IMG/VR virus record: IMGVR_UViG_3300013094_000040
Coordinates: 3,338 to 67,337 of that record
DNA: 64,000 bases
Strand: one strand, 5' to 3'
DNA from: a virus
Below, in pieces: positions 47,680-58,223 of this stretch. The notes under the pieces are model-generated. The model was not told the DNA's origin. It saw only the letters and a list, made by a program, of their open reading frames with translations, and did no database searches. A program made the translations under genes and the position numbers. Position 1 is the first letter of the stretch; the number at the start of each line of letters is the position of its first letter.

Positions 47680-49057
47680 ATCAAATTTTTTAGCATCTGC
47701 AGAATCAATGAAGGAGAGTCTTGGTCCTGCTCTTTGTTTGGCCAAGTGGCAACAGGTAAGTTTACATTTGCCGACTGGACTTAACAATAGTTGCTATCAT
47801 CCGCCGTTACATGCTATAGATCCTGTGCCACTTGTTGCTAATCCAGGTGCATTACATAATACAGCACATAAAAAAGCACAGCGGGTTATTATGTTAAAAG
47901 ACGAACGTCCAAATGAATGTAGTTATTGTTGGACGCAGGAGGACATGGGAAATCTAAGCGACAGGCATTATCGTTCTGGAGAACCATGGGCCGCAGAACA
48001 TTACGAAAAAATAAAAAACAGTACAGGAGAAGAAGATGACGTTGTACCCAGTTATGTTGAAGTTAACTTTAATCACGGCTGTAATCTCAAATGTAGTTAT
48101 TGCAGTCCGCAGTTTAGTTCCTCGTGGGCCGAAGAAGTTGCGAGATATGGAGGGTTTCCTACTGGCACTATTCACAATGATCCCAGTCACTTTACTGGTC
48201 GTAATCGTCCTATCCCTGCTCGAGAAGACAACCCCTATGTAACAGCATTTTGGAATTGGTGGCCTACACTATATCCGCGACTAAAACACTTTCGAATGAC
48301 CGGTGGCGAACCATTGATGGATAAGAATACTTACAAGGTATTTGACTATGTCTTGGCCATGCCAAATCCAGAATTGCACTTAGACGTAACCAGTAACTTT
48401 AGTGTGGAACCTGTTTTATTTGAAAAGTATCTGGGCTATGTCAAACAATTATGTAATACTCAAATTGAACATTTCATGCAGTATGTTAGCTTAGATTCGG
48501 GCACACCCGCACACGCTGAATACATTAGGCATGGATTGGATATGAATAGATTGGTTGATTATGTTGATCGATACTTGACCGAAGTTCCATCGCGTAATAG
48601 TCTGACATTTATTATTACAATGAATAATTTGAGTGTGCTGGGACTGCAACGCCAATTGGACTATATTTTAAGTCTACGTCGCAAACACAGTACAACATAT
48701 CAACGTGTTTGGTTTGATACTCCCTTGCTTAGACAACCTCGCTGGCAAAGCCTACAAATCTTGCCACCTGTGTATGTTTCGGTATTAGAGCGTGTAGCCG
48801 ATTGGATGGATCTCAACATGGAAACCGCCGAAGATCCATTTCACGGCTTTAAAGACTATGAAGTACAGCGTATGCGCCGCGACATAGATTGGATGAAAGA
48901 AGGTTGCAATCTTGATCCAGAGTACGTTAAAATGCAACGTGCTGATTTTTATCGATTCTTTAACGAGCACGATAAACGCAGACATACTGACTTTTTAAAA
49001 ACATTCCCGGAGATGAAAGAATTCTGGAAAGAGTGCGAATATTATGCCAAAAATTAA
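47672..49057 (+). CDS. Radical SAM protein with N-terminal SPASM/twitch-like cluster
   Basis: CNLKCSYC, TGGEPLM; N-terminal CLAKW..SCYH..ECSYCW. Confidence 0.9.
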   Translation: MSKSNFLASAESMKESLGPALCLAKWQQVSLHLPTGLNNSCYHPPLHAIDPVPLVANPGALHNTAHKKAQRVIMLKDERPNECSYCWTQEDMGNLSDRHYRSGEPWAAEHYEKIKNSTGEEDDVVPSYVEVNFNHGCNLKCSYCSPQFSSSWAEEVARYGGFPTGTIHNDPSHFTGRNRPIPAREDNPYVTAFWNWWPTLYPRLKHFRMTGGEPLMDKNTYKVFDYVLAMPNPELHLDVTSNFSVEPVLFEKYLGYVKQLCNTQIEHFMQYVSLDSGTPAHAEYIRHGLDMNRLVDYVDRYLTEVPSRNSLTFIITMNNLSVLGLQRQLDYILSLRRKHSTTYQRVWFDTPLLRQPRWQSLQILPPVYVSVLERVADWMDLNMETAEDPFHGFKDYEVQRMRRDIDWMKEGCNLDPEYVKMQRADFYRFFNEHDKRRHTDFLKTFPEMKEFWKECEYYAKN

Positions 49058-50039
49058 TTTAACAGAACAATTAAAATTTGGTAAAACATTTTGTCCGTTG
49101 CCGTTTATAAGTTATCATACTAATGTAAAAAAACAGAGAAAACTATGTTGCATATCTCCCAAAGTTGTTGATGACACAAGGTTAACTGAAATTCGTACAG
49201 ATATATTAAATGATGTAGAAGTTGTTGAGTGTACAAAGTGTTATAAGCAAGAAGAATCTAAATTGATTAGTCGCAGACAGCAACTACTCAGAGATTGGTT
49301 AGTAAACGAAGAAGATGTTGTTGCAGCAATTGAAACACATCTGGCAGGTAATGAACCGGCCTATGTTGACTACGATCTTAGATACAGCAATCTCTGCAAT
49401 TTAGAATGTCAAACTTGTAACGCAACTGACAGTAGTTCGATCGCATTGCGAGCAGGGATTGCATTGCCGTTTTTGCAGTATGAGCCAGAAATTGATATTA
49501 ACAAAAATGCAAAAAGAATTTATTTTGCCGGGGGAGAACCATTTTTAATAAAATCTTTTAGTCGTTTGCTTGATACTGTTGAAAACACCGACTGCGAAAT
49601 TATTATTAATACAAATGCTACAACACTATCCAGCCATATGCTACTGTCATTGGATAGGTTTAGTAATATTAGTTTTACAGTCAGCATAGATGGATTTGGA
49701 CAGTTGAACGAACAAATTAGAAAAAATAGCCAGTGGGATAAATTAGAATCTAACTTAGAAATATTAGCCAATCGCTATAATGGATATCAAGGAATAAATG
49801 TTAATACCGTTGTACAAAAAGATAATGTAAATCATTTATTAGAATTAGGGCAGTGGATAGAAAGTAAGACAATAACTCTATGGAGATTGACAGTTCTTGA
49901 CAAGCCTGAGGAATTTCATTTTTCTTTAAACAACAATATAACAATACCCGATGAGTTGTTAGAATTGCCCATAGTTCGTTCTAATATTGAAACTTTAAAA
50001 ACATTAGAATATATAAAAGATTATGCCAAGACAAAATAA
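49044..50039 (+). CDS. Radical SAM protein
   Basis: CNLECQTC, AGGEPF, INTN, SIDG; N-terminal CPLP..CC..CTKC. Confidence 0.9.
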   Translation: MPKINLTEQLKFGKTFCPLPFISYHTNVKKQRKLCCISPKVVDDTRLTEIRTDILNDVEVVECTKCYKQEESKLISRRQQLLRDWLVNEEDVVAAIETHLAGNEPAYVDYDLRYSNLCNLECQTCNATDSSSIALRAGIALPFLQYEPEIDINKNAKRIYFAGGEPFLIKSFSRLLDTVENTDCEIIINTNATTLSSHMLLSLDRFSNISFTVSIDGFGQLNEQIRKNSQWDKLESNLEILANRYNGYQGINVNTVVQKDNVNHLLELGQWIESKTITLWRLTVLDKPEEFHFSLNNNITIPDELLELPIVRSNIETLKTLEYIKDYAKTK

Positions 50040-51378
50040 CGAAACAGATTTAGAATACAAACGTAGAGTGATTGACATTAAGTCAGAATCATTCTGTGGA
50101 GCTAAGTGGTACAATGCTACTATATGGTTAGGGTCGGGGATGACTACAAGTTGTCATCATCCACTACCACATAAAGTAGAAGTAGCAGATGTTGAAGCGA
50201 ACCCAAAAGCACTTCATAACACTCCTAAGAAAAAAGAGGAACGTGCTATGATGCAGAAAGGAGAGCGTCCAGCAGGTTGTGAATACTGCTGGAAAATAGA
50301 AGATATCGGTAGGGACAATATTTCAGACCGAGTTTATAAAACAGTTATATATACAGACGAAGAATTGGAGACAGCCTATGTTGGGCCATCACGCAACGAT
50401 GTGGATTTACGAACGCTTGAAATTGCTTTTGATCGCACATGCAATTTTGGGTGTAGTTACTGTAACCCTGCTTTCAGTAGCACTTGGGTTAAAGATATTG
50501 ACACCAATGGACCTTTTACCGGCCTCACTTCAGACGGCAGGAATCATTTTACTCATAGCCATGGAAGTAGTCAGCTATATAAGTTTGGTGAGACTAATCC
50601 TTACGTTGAAGCGTTCTTTAAGTGGTGGGAATCAGACCTAAGTCGTACACTAACAGAGTTACGTCTTACTGGTGGGGAACCCCTGATGTCCGGGGACACT
50701 TGGAAGTTATTAGAATGGTTCAAGACCAAAGATGTCAATCCCGACATGCGATTTGCCATGAACAGCAATCTTGGTGCCAAAGACGATTTAATTGATCGAC
50801 TAATTGACGCTACACACAGTATTCGACATTTCCATTTATACACCAGTAATGAAAGCATGAGTCAACAAAGCGAATACATTCGCGACGGGCTTGTCTGGGA
50901 CACCTGGGCTAATAATGTAGAAAAAGTCTTAACCAATGGCAATATAGAAGGTTTCCATATGATGTGCACCATTAACGCATTATGCTTAGATACTCTGGAC
51001 AGTTTCTTAGAGTGCTGCATGAATTGGAAACGTGAGTACGGAAAAGACTTCCCTACATTTTCGCTAAATATATTACGATTCCCAAGTTTTCAAAGTCCTT
51101 TAGTACTACCAGATGGAATTCGCACTCACTATAAAATTAGATTGCAAGAATGGCTAACAGCCAATCAAAATGATCCTTTATTGCATCAGTTTGAAATTAA
51201 TCAACTGCAACGCCTAATTGATTATTTAGATGTAGTTAAAACTCCACACGCAGACGCTGCAGAACAACATATATTACAGCAAGACTTCAAACGTTTTTAT
51301 ACACAATATGATCAACGTAGAAATAAAAACTTTACAGAAGCTTTCCCTACATTAGCCAGTTGGTACAATTCATTATGA
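50023..51378 (+). CDS. Radical SAM protein (close paralog of 47672)
   Basis: CNFGCSYC, TGGEPLM; CGAKW..SCHH..GCEYCW; shares GRN...NPYV.AF..WW with 47672. Confidence 0.9.
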   Translation: MPRQNNETDLEYKRRVIDIKSESFCGAKWYNATIWLGSGMTTSCHHPLPHKVEVADVEANPKALHNTPKKKEERAMMQKGERPAGCEYCWKIEDIGRDNISDRVYKTVIYTDEELETAYVGPSRNDVDLRTLEIAFDRTCNFGCSYCNPAFSSTWVKDIDTNGPFTGLTSDGRNHFTHSHGSSQLYKFGETNPYVEAFFKWWESDLSRTLTELRLTGGEPLMSGDTWKLLEWFKTKDVNPDMRFAMNSNLGAKDDLIDRLIDATHSIRHFHLYTSNESMSQQSEYIRDGLVWDTWANNVEKVLTNGNIEGFHMMCTINALCLDTLDSFLECCMNWKREYGKDFPTFSLNILRFPSFQSPLVLPDGIRTHYKIRLQEWLTANQNDPLLHQFEINQLQRLIDYLDVVKTPHADAAEQHILQQDFKRFYTQYDQRRNKNFTEAFPTLASWYNSL

Positions 51379-52691
51379 CAGACAAATTAGAAAATTATTA
51401 TAAAAATTACAACTATGGATTCCGTAAGCCAGTCTACATTGACGAAAAAGACTTACGAGAAGATCAACTTGATCGCCTAATCAAGAGCGATACATTTTGT
51501 ATGATTCCGTGGCTTCATATGCATGCCTTTCCAGATGGTCGTGCTTTTCCTTGTTGTCTAAGCGAACCTGAGTATCCTATTGGCAATCTCAAAACACAGA
51601 CTATGCGCGAAATATGGAACGACGAACCATTAAAACAAATGCGTCGTAATATGCTTGATGAAAAACCTTGTAAGGAATGTAATAAGTGTTACGAGCAAGA
51701 AAAATCAAAGTTGTTTAGTATGCGCGAAAGTGCCAATAAAAACTTTGGACACCATGTAGGCATAGTTGATGATACAAAGGAAGACGGCACCTATGACGAT
51801 TTTAAACTACGTTACTATGATATTCGCTTTAGTAACCTTTGTAATTTTGCGTGTCGCACATGCGGTGGTATATTCTCGAGTAATTGGCACAAGGATGAAA
51901 AAGCCGCAGGATGGAATCCACAATACCCAGCAATAATGTATGCCGGTAAAGACGAAGATGATATGTGGGAACAGATGCAAGAGCATATCCCGCACCTTGA
52001 ACAAATTTATTGGGCCGGTGGCGAACCACTAATTATGAAAGAACACTGGAAAGTACTTGACGAGTTAGTCAAACGAGAAATGTTCCATGTACGCCTAATC
52101 TACAATACAAACTTTAGCGAGCTTAAATTTAAAGGACGTGATGTTCTTGAAATGTGGAAATTGTTTGATTGCGTTAGTGTGGGCGCCAGCTTAGATGGTA
52201 GTTATGCTCGTGGCGAATATATACGCAAAGGACAAGACTGGCGCCAAACAGTAGAAAATCGCGAACGTATGTTAGAGATTTGTCCCAACGTAGACTTTTA
52301 TGTATCAAGTACTGTTAGTATGATGAACGTGTTACATATTACAGACTTCCACAGAGAATGGGTAGATTTAGGTCTACTACGCCCAATGGATTGGAATATT
52401 AATATTCTACAACACCCACATAGATATCGTGTTGATGTATTGCCCGAACATCTTAAACAACAGGCCAAAGAAAAAATTGAAAAACATTTAGAATGGCTCG
52501 AACCGCAGGATACACTACTACGTGCTACCAGTGGTTATCAGGGAGTTGTTAATTTTATGATGCAACAAGACAGCACACACGAACTAAAGAACTTTTTCCA
52601 CACCAACGATCAAATTGATCGTGTACGCAACGAAGACTTTTTTACAGTATTCCCAGAACTAAATGACATCAGACAATATAAACCTTCCTGA
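51375..52691 (+). CDS. Radical SAM protein
   Basis: CNFACRTC, AGGEPL, YNTN, SLDG; CMIPW..CC..CNKC; start at the ATGA overlap at 51375. Confidence 0.9.
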   Translation: MTDKLENYYKNYNYGFRKPVYIDEKDLREDQLDRLIKSDTFCMIPWLHMHAFPDGRAFPCCLSEPEYPIGNLKTQTMREIWNDEPLKQMRRNMLDEKPCKECNKCYEQEKSKLFSMRESANKNFGHHVGIVDDTKEDGTYDDFKLRYYDIRFSNLCNFACRTCGGIFSSNWHKDEKAAGWNPQYPAIMYAGKDEDDMWEQMQEHIPHLEQIYWAGGEPLIMKEHWKVLDELVKREMFHVRLIYNTNFSELKFKGRDVLEMWKLFDCVSVGASLDGSYARGEYIRKGQDWRQTVENRERMLEICPNVDFYVSSTVSMMNVLHITDFHREWVDLGLLRPMDWNINILQHPHRYRVDVLPEHLKQQAKEKIEKHLEWLEPQDTLLRATSGYQGVVNFMMQQDSTHELKNFFHTNDQIDRVRNEDFFTVFPELNDIRQYKPS

Positions 52692-53907
52692 CACAATATG
52701 TATGTTGCCCTGGATTAGTGTTGAAACCAGTCCAATGGGTACTACACGTCCGTGCTGTTTAGCACACGAAGAAATTCGTGACGAGTATGGCGCTAAGTAT
52801 GATCTAAATCACACAGACTTAGAAACTGTTTACCACAGTGAATACATGCAAGAGCTACGCAGAGAATTTCGACGAGGTGAAAAGCCCGCGACCTGTAGTC
52901 GTTGCTGGGACGAAGAAGCTGCCGGTCGCGATAGTAAACGTATACACAGTCGCGTTAGATTAAAAGAACTATATCCGCAGGTAGATTGGGCCAATGATAA
53001 TCCAGATCAACTTTGGTTTGTTGATTTAAAATTAGGCAACATCTGTAACTTAAAATGCCGTATCTGTGGGTCGTGGTCGTCGAGCAGTTGGGCTACAGAA
53101 GAAATGAATTACCTACCGCCAGGCGAGGATAAGAAGTCACACATTGCCTATACCTGGTTACGGCAAGGTGCTTGGCCACGCAAGACAACAACATTCTGGG
53201 ATAATATGCGAGCCCTGTTGCCCAATATCAAGTACTTTGAGTTTACAGGTGGCGAGCCTTGGATGATCCAGGAACACTTTGATCTACTACAATATGCTGT
53301 GGATCAAGGACATAGTCGCAATATTGATATACATTATAATACCAATGGAACACAATCACCGGATCACGAAGAAATTTGGAAACACTTTGGGCGTGTCGAC
53401 ATTGCTTTTAGTATTGACAATGTAGGCGATCGTTTTGAATACGAACGCTTTGGCGCCAGCTGGACAACTGTAAACGAAACAATTGATCGTACTCACGCAA
53501 TGAAAGCCTCTACTTGCCCAAATATTACTACTCAATTATGTTTTACTATTAACATACAAAATGTCTATTATTTAGATGAACTACTGGCCTGGGCGGATAC
53601 TAAGAATTTTGGTAGTGTACACTTTAATATGTTACACAGTCCCGAAGTTATGAATATACAGAATATGACACCCCGAGCACAAGAGTTAGTCTTAACAAAA
53701 TTAAAAAATACTCAATGGGCCAACAGCCACTATCAACAAGAAATTGATAATGTAATTAAATTTATTGAATTAGGCGCAGGCAACGAGGGAGTTGAGTTCC
53801 GTAGACGTATGAAGGAAACTGATGCATATCGTCATCAAGATTTCAGAGATACACACCCTGAAATAGCCGAGGCCATGGGTTATGCCGCAGATACAAGTAA
53901 CATTTAA
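52663..53907 (+). CDS. Radical SAM protein
   Basis: CNLKCRIC, TGGEP, YNTN, SID; CMLPW..CC..CSRC. Confidence 0.9.
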   Translation: MTSDNINLPDTICMLPWISVETSPMGTTRPCCLAHEEIRDEYGAKYDLNHTDLETVYHSEYMQELRREFRRGEKPATCSRCWDEEAAGRDSKRIHSRVRLKELYPQVDWANDNPDQLWFVDLKLGNICNLKCRICGSWSSSSWATEEMNYLPPGEDKKSHIAYTWLRQGAWPRKTTTFWDNMRALLPNIKYFEFTGGEPWMIQEHFDLLQYAVDQGHSRNIDIHYNTNGTQSPDHEEIWKHFGRVDIAFSIDNVGDRFEYERFGASWTTVNETIDRTHAMKASTCPNITTQLCFTINIQNVYYLDELLAWADTKNFGSVHFNMLHSPEVMNIQNMTPRAQELVLTKLKNTQWANSHYQQEIDNVIKFIELGAGNEGVEFRRRMKETDAYRHQDFRDTHPEIAEAMGYAADTSNI

Positions 53908-54670
53908 AGATTGCCCTACGTTAGAATTAGACATTGCCGAAACAGCGGTAGGCTATAGCTATGCCAACTTAATTAAATCTAACTACGAACAAGAGTTTCC
54001 TATATTTAGGGACAGGCCCAAATACACAGTTGAATATATGTTGGAGTTAGCAAGAGAAGCTAAACTAAAACTTGGATGGTCTTGGGAATTTGATCATTAT
54101 GATGTTGGTGTAACTGCTTTACTACACAAAGACTTAGAAGAATTATTGGCCAATGGGTTTGATCGTGTACCAGCTGAATTAGATCATTTGTTACACGAGT
54201 TACACTATTGTTTACATTTAATACAGTTTGGACAAAAACAAAAAAGAGATGCTTGGTTGCAAATAGAATGGTTTAATGATGCAGGATTTGAATTACCTGG
54301 CACAGATCTTTTCCAGCACACACTAAAATTTGGCGACTTACGATTACAAAATCCCTATGTAGGGCATGGACCGTTACAAATATTTTTAGAAAAAGATTAT
54401 ACAAATATTTCACAAACTTGTAAATTTCATGATTTTGTACGCCCAGGCATTAATATAGTAATTGCCAATTTTGATAAACCTGTTGACGTTGACGCAATTA
54501 TTTCAGCATTTAAAGATCATGCACCTGAGTTTGTTGAAGAGCATACAGAAGAAAAAATTATTAGTTATATTGGATACCCTGTGATTGGTCGTGTAGCAAA
54601 TTTAGATGCATTAGTTGCGGTTGCTAATGCGCCCGTATTAAATTTAGAAAGTATTACATTCAATGGTTGA
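53882..54670 (+). CDS. Hypothetical protein (distant paralog of 57141)
   Basis: LH..(L/F)E, L(H/N)..(L/C)H and Y..(I/L)G.(V/I) patterns shared with 57141. Confidence 0.65.
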   Translation: MPQIQVTFKDCPTLELDIAETAVGYSYANLIKSNYEQEFPIFRDRPKYTVEYMLELAREAKLKLGWSWEFDHYDVGVTALLHKDLEELLANGFDRVPAELDHLLHELHYCLHLIQFGQKQKRDAWLQIEWFNDAGFELPGTDLFQHTLKFGDLRLQNPYVGHGPLQIFLEKDYTNISQTCKFHDFVRPGINIVIANFDKPVDVDAIISAFKDHAPEFVEEHTEEKIISYIGYPVIGRVANLDALVAVANAPVLNLESITFNG

Positions 54671-55868
54671 TAACTTAAAGTTATACGTACTCGAAGAAGA
54701 TTATAATATGATGGCCGGAGCCGACTGGCCAAGTTTTCGCGATTATTTAAATGGCGCTGTTGGCAAAAACCCAACCATACAAAAAGAATTAGATAAATTT
54801 ACTGAAGAACAAATAGCATTAGGCCCTAAAAAAGTTTTTAATGTAACCTGGACTACCAAATACCGACCAACAAATTTTGACGACCCTGACCACGACTTAG
54901 TTTATAAACGACAGGCATTTAATTTGCCCAGTGTTAAAACAGGAATAAAACATCGTTGCTATGTGCCATTTACAAATGTAACAGTTGACGTAAATGGCAG
55001 AGTATTTGTCTGCCACTGTGATGGATTCGTGCCTTTCCCTGTGGGACATATTATGGATTTTCATAGTTTTGATGAAATTTTTTCAAGTCCCAAGGCTGTG
55101 GAAATTCAAGAATCTATTGCATCCGGTGAGTATAATTTTTGTGCAGTAGATCAGTGCGGTATGCGATATGCCCCAGGCAATGTAATAACACCTTTGTCCT
55201 TATACATACAAATTGATATAAGCTGTAATATTACTTGCCCAAGCTGTAGAGAACATATGGTCTTTATCAAAGATGAGCAAATTATTGATGGGTATTTTGT
55301 CTGGACCGAACGAATGAAAGAGTGGATTGCTAAATCAGATAAACCTGTACGAGTAGAATTAGCCGGCGGTGATCCTTTTGCAAGTCTTTTGTACAAGCGT
55401 GTGATTGATTCTTACGCAGAGTTATCAACAATTAATTTTAGCATTAAAACAAATGCTTTGTTAATGAAAAAGAATTCTGAAACAATTGATAAAATAAAAG
55501 ACAAAACAGTCTTTAGTATTAGCATAGATGCAGCTACAAAGGAAACTTATGAAATAGTTAGACGTGGCGGAGACTGGGATCAACTGATATCTAATTTAGA
55601 ATATTTTTTAACTTTGAATAAAACAGCATTAGGCAATTTTGTAATACAACGAGCCAATTATAAAGAATGCATAGACTTTGTAAAGTTCTGCCGTCAATAT
55701 AAACTAATACCAAATTTTACAGCTTTACAAGATTGGGGCACATGGCACAACTTTGATGAGCAATGTGTACATATTCCAAGTTCACCTCACTACGAAGAAT
55801 TTAAAGAAATTTTTAAAAACAAAATTTTTAAAACAGTCAATTTAAGTTCTATTAAGGCATGGCTATGA
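54663..55868 (+). CDS. Radical SAM protein
   Basis: CNITCPSC, AGGDPF, KTN, SIDAA; CYVPF..CHC twitch-like region. Confidence 0.9.
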   Translation: MVDNLKLYVLEEDYNMMAGADWPSFRDYLNGAVGKNPTIQKELDKFTEEQIALGPKKVFNVTWTTKYRPTNFDDPDHDLVYKRQAFNLPSVKTGIKHRCYVPFTNVTVDVNGRVFVCHCDGFVPFPVGHIMDFHSFDEIFSSPKAVEIQESIASGEYNFCAVDQCGMRYAPGNVITPLSLYIQIDISCNITCPSCREHMVFIKDEQIIDGYFVWTERMKEWIAKSDKPVRVELAGGDPFASLLYKRVIDSYAELSTINFSIKTNALLMKKNSETIDKIKDKTVFSISIDAATKETYEIVRRGGDWDQLISNLEYFLTLNKTALGNFVIQRANYKECIDFVKFCRQYKLIPNFTALQDWGTWHNFDEQCVHIPSSPHYEEFKEIFKNKIFKTVNLSSIKAWL

Positions 55869-57157
55869 CAAAACCCGATACCTTATGTATGGCACCCTGG
55901 ACGCATACTTACCTTAGTCCACAGACTGAGCGCCGTATGTGTTGTGCAAGTAGAGAACCTGCACAAAACTTTGAACAGTATATAGACACAGCAAGTGGCA
56001 CAGGTAAGTATATACCTATTACATTAGACGAACATTGGAACTCAGATCATATGCGGTCAGTACGTCGGCGCATGATGGCAGGTGAAACACTACCCGAATG
56101 TGATGTATGCAATAGTAAGTTATTAAACACCGACGTTTACCGTAGTTATTTTAACCAGCTGTTTGGGCATAAGTACTTAGATGCAATGGCAATGACAGAT
56201 GTTACGGGTTTTACTACAATGAAACCTGTGTCGTGGGATTATCGCTTTAGTAATCTCTGTAACTTTAAATGCCGTATGTGTGGCGATATGTTGTCCAGCG
56301 CCTGGGAAAGTGAACAACGTCAGCATCAAATGATTGACTGGACTAATCCAAAAAACAATTGGATGAAGCCCGAAGTAAAGAAAGAAATTGAACAGTTCCA
56401 AGACACGCAAATTGAACAAGAGTTTGCCGACGCAGTAGAGGAACATCGAGTAGAAGAAGTGTACTGGGTAGGTGGCGAGCCGTTGATGTATGAACAGCAT
56501 TGGCGGTATATGAAACGTATTGTTGAATTAGGAGATGGTCCAAATGTTTACGCTCGATATAACACAAATCTTAGTCGTGTTAATTATAGGGGCATTAATC
56601 TCTATCGTGACATTTTGGCTGGGCTTCGAGACTGGCAAATCTGTGCAAGCATCGATGGTACGGGCCGAATTGGAGAGTATATTCGATCAGGTCTTAATTT
56701 TGATGAATGGCTTAAGAACTTCACTGAAGGAATTACGTACAGCAAACACAGCCGCCAAGTCCGTATGGACTTCACTCTTACTACACCAGGACTCTTTGAA
56801 GTACAAAAGATACAAGAACTCGCGAAAACTCTCGGAGTAGACGTATTAGCCAAAGTAGTTTTTAGTTTTTCCCCGGATATCATTATGTCTCCGCTGGCAC
56901 TACCTAAGTCGGTATTACACCCTTGGGTAGACGAAATAGTTGCCGGCTTAGAACCTGGCGCCCTGCGCGACATAATGGTCCAACTTAAAACCCGTCCCAC
57001 GTTTGCTGAACAATGGCCCGACACATATCAATCAGGTCTGCAACGTGGCAAACAACGCATCTTACGACTTGAACAAATCCGAAATGATCAGTATACTATG
57101 CGTGATATACTTGCAGAAAGATCCGAAGCATTAGAATGGTATGACTCAATCAGTTAA
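55865..57157 (+). CDS. Radical SAM protein
   Basis: CNFKCRMC, VGGEPL, YNTN, SIDG; CMAPW..CC..CDVC; start at the ATGA overlap at 55865. Confidence 0.9.
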   Translation: MTKPDTLCMAPWTHTYLSPQTERRMCCASREPAQNFEQYIDTASGTGKYIPITLDEHWNSDHMRSVRRRMMAGETLPECDVCNSKLLNTDVYRSYFNQLFGHKYLDAMAMTDVTGFTTMKPVSWDYRFSNLCNFKCRMCGDMLSSAWESEQRQHQMIDWTNPKNNWMKPEVKKEIEQFQDTQIEQEFADAVEEHRVEEVYWVGGEPLMYEQHWRYMKRIVELGDGPNVYARYNTNLSRVNYRGINLYRDILAGLRDWQICASIDGTGRIGEYIRSGLNFDEWLKNFTEGITYSKHSRQVRMDFTLTTPGLFEVQKIQELAKTLGVDVLAKVVFSFSPDIIMSPLALPKSVLHPWVDEIVAGLEPGALRDIMVQLKTRPTFAEQWPDTYQSGLQRGKQRILRLEQIRNDQYTMRDILAERSEALEWYDSIS

Positions 57158-58223
57158 AATAATATTAAGAAATCCACTGAATTATCGTGATCAAATTGAT
57201 TATACAATCAATGTATTTGACCACGAACTTGGTGCTGACTGGACTCAAGCACTTGCGGAGTTACTGCAATCTGGGAACCTGTTAGAAAAGAATTTCTGTT
57301 TCATGGGATTTCCTAAAACAGCACGTACATTAGAATATCTATGTAACGAACTTAACCAACACGTTCAAACAATTAATAACTTTTTTACAGATTATCAAAT
57401 TGAAGAAACATTTACACCAGACAATGTAGTTGGATTTGACTGGGCCGACAATGGCGTTAACCATGAGATAATGAACCGACTACACAATCACTTTGAGCGA
57501 CTACAAGGTACAGTATGGGGGCTAAGTGATTGGTATAAACGTGCAGACTATGAAACCAAATATGCAATTCGTCAATTGAACAATATATGTCATGAGATGG
57601 AAAATTTAATTCTCAGTCGACGCAAATTGTCAACTGACCCATATTGGGTACGTCCAAGCCAAATTACTACTTTTTTAAATGCTCGTCGTTACGATTTAAA
57701 AGACACACATCGTCAAGGATTTTTAACCAACGGTTATGATCGTGTCTTGGGTGGTGTTTATATGCACTGGACACAAATAGGTAAGACCTTATACGAAGTA
57801 TTCCGTGATGAAGGTGCACCTGAGCTAACAGAAACAGTATGCGAAGCTATTACTGAGTTACGTTATTATAGCGGAGAGTTTGATGTTGAATGGGGCAACA
57901 ATATTACCCTGGGTGGCGGACATTTCTGGCACGATAAAGAGCAGTCAGCATTCCGTGAATGGTTGGTTAACAACAATCGCGATCCCGCAGATCCTAAGCT
58001 GAGTTTAGGATACTTGCCATTGGGTCAGATTGACTTAACTGGCAGTTTTGGTACAACAGATTATAAAACTATTTGGGACACACTAAGCAGTCACTTAGAC
58101 ATATATAGAATAGAAGTAGATGGAGTATCAGCTGAGTTTGACTACTGCTGGTCCGACGCTACATATAAGCAAATGCAAATAGACATGATGAGGCCAGGAT
58201 ATGATTATAGTAGCCGGGGGTGA
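57141..58223 (+). CDS. Hypothetical protein
   Basis: 360-aa ORF coupled to its neighbours; NRLHNHFE, LNNICHEME His-containing helices. Confidence 0.7.
   Translation: MTQSVKIILRNPLNYRDQIDYTINVFDHELGADWTQALAELLQSGNLLEKNFCFMGFPKTARTLEYLCNELNQHVQTINNFFTDYQIEETFTPDNVVGFDWADNGVNHEIMNRLHNHFERLQGTVWGLSDWYKRADYETKYAIRQLNNICHEMENLILSRRKLSTDPYWVRPSQITTFLNARRYDLKDTHRQGFLTNGYDRVLGGVYMHWTQIGKTLYEVFRDEGAPELTETVCEAITELRYYSGEFDVEWGNNITLGGGHFWHDKEQSAFREWLVNNNRDPADPKLSLGYLPLGQIDLTGSFGTTDYKTIWDTLSSHLDIYRIEVDGVSAEFDYCWSDATYKQMQIDMMRPGYDYSSRG

Noticed and set aside
47672-57157. Radical SAM genes as a known queuosine/7-deazaguanine or anaerobic RNR-activating pathway
   Set aside because: No QueC, QueD, FolE, DpdA or NrdD recognised, and the domain layout (N-terminal auxiliary cluster, 330-460 aa) does not fit QueE or NrdG.
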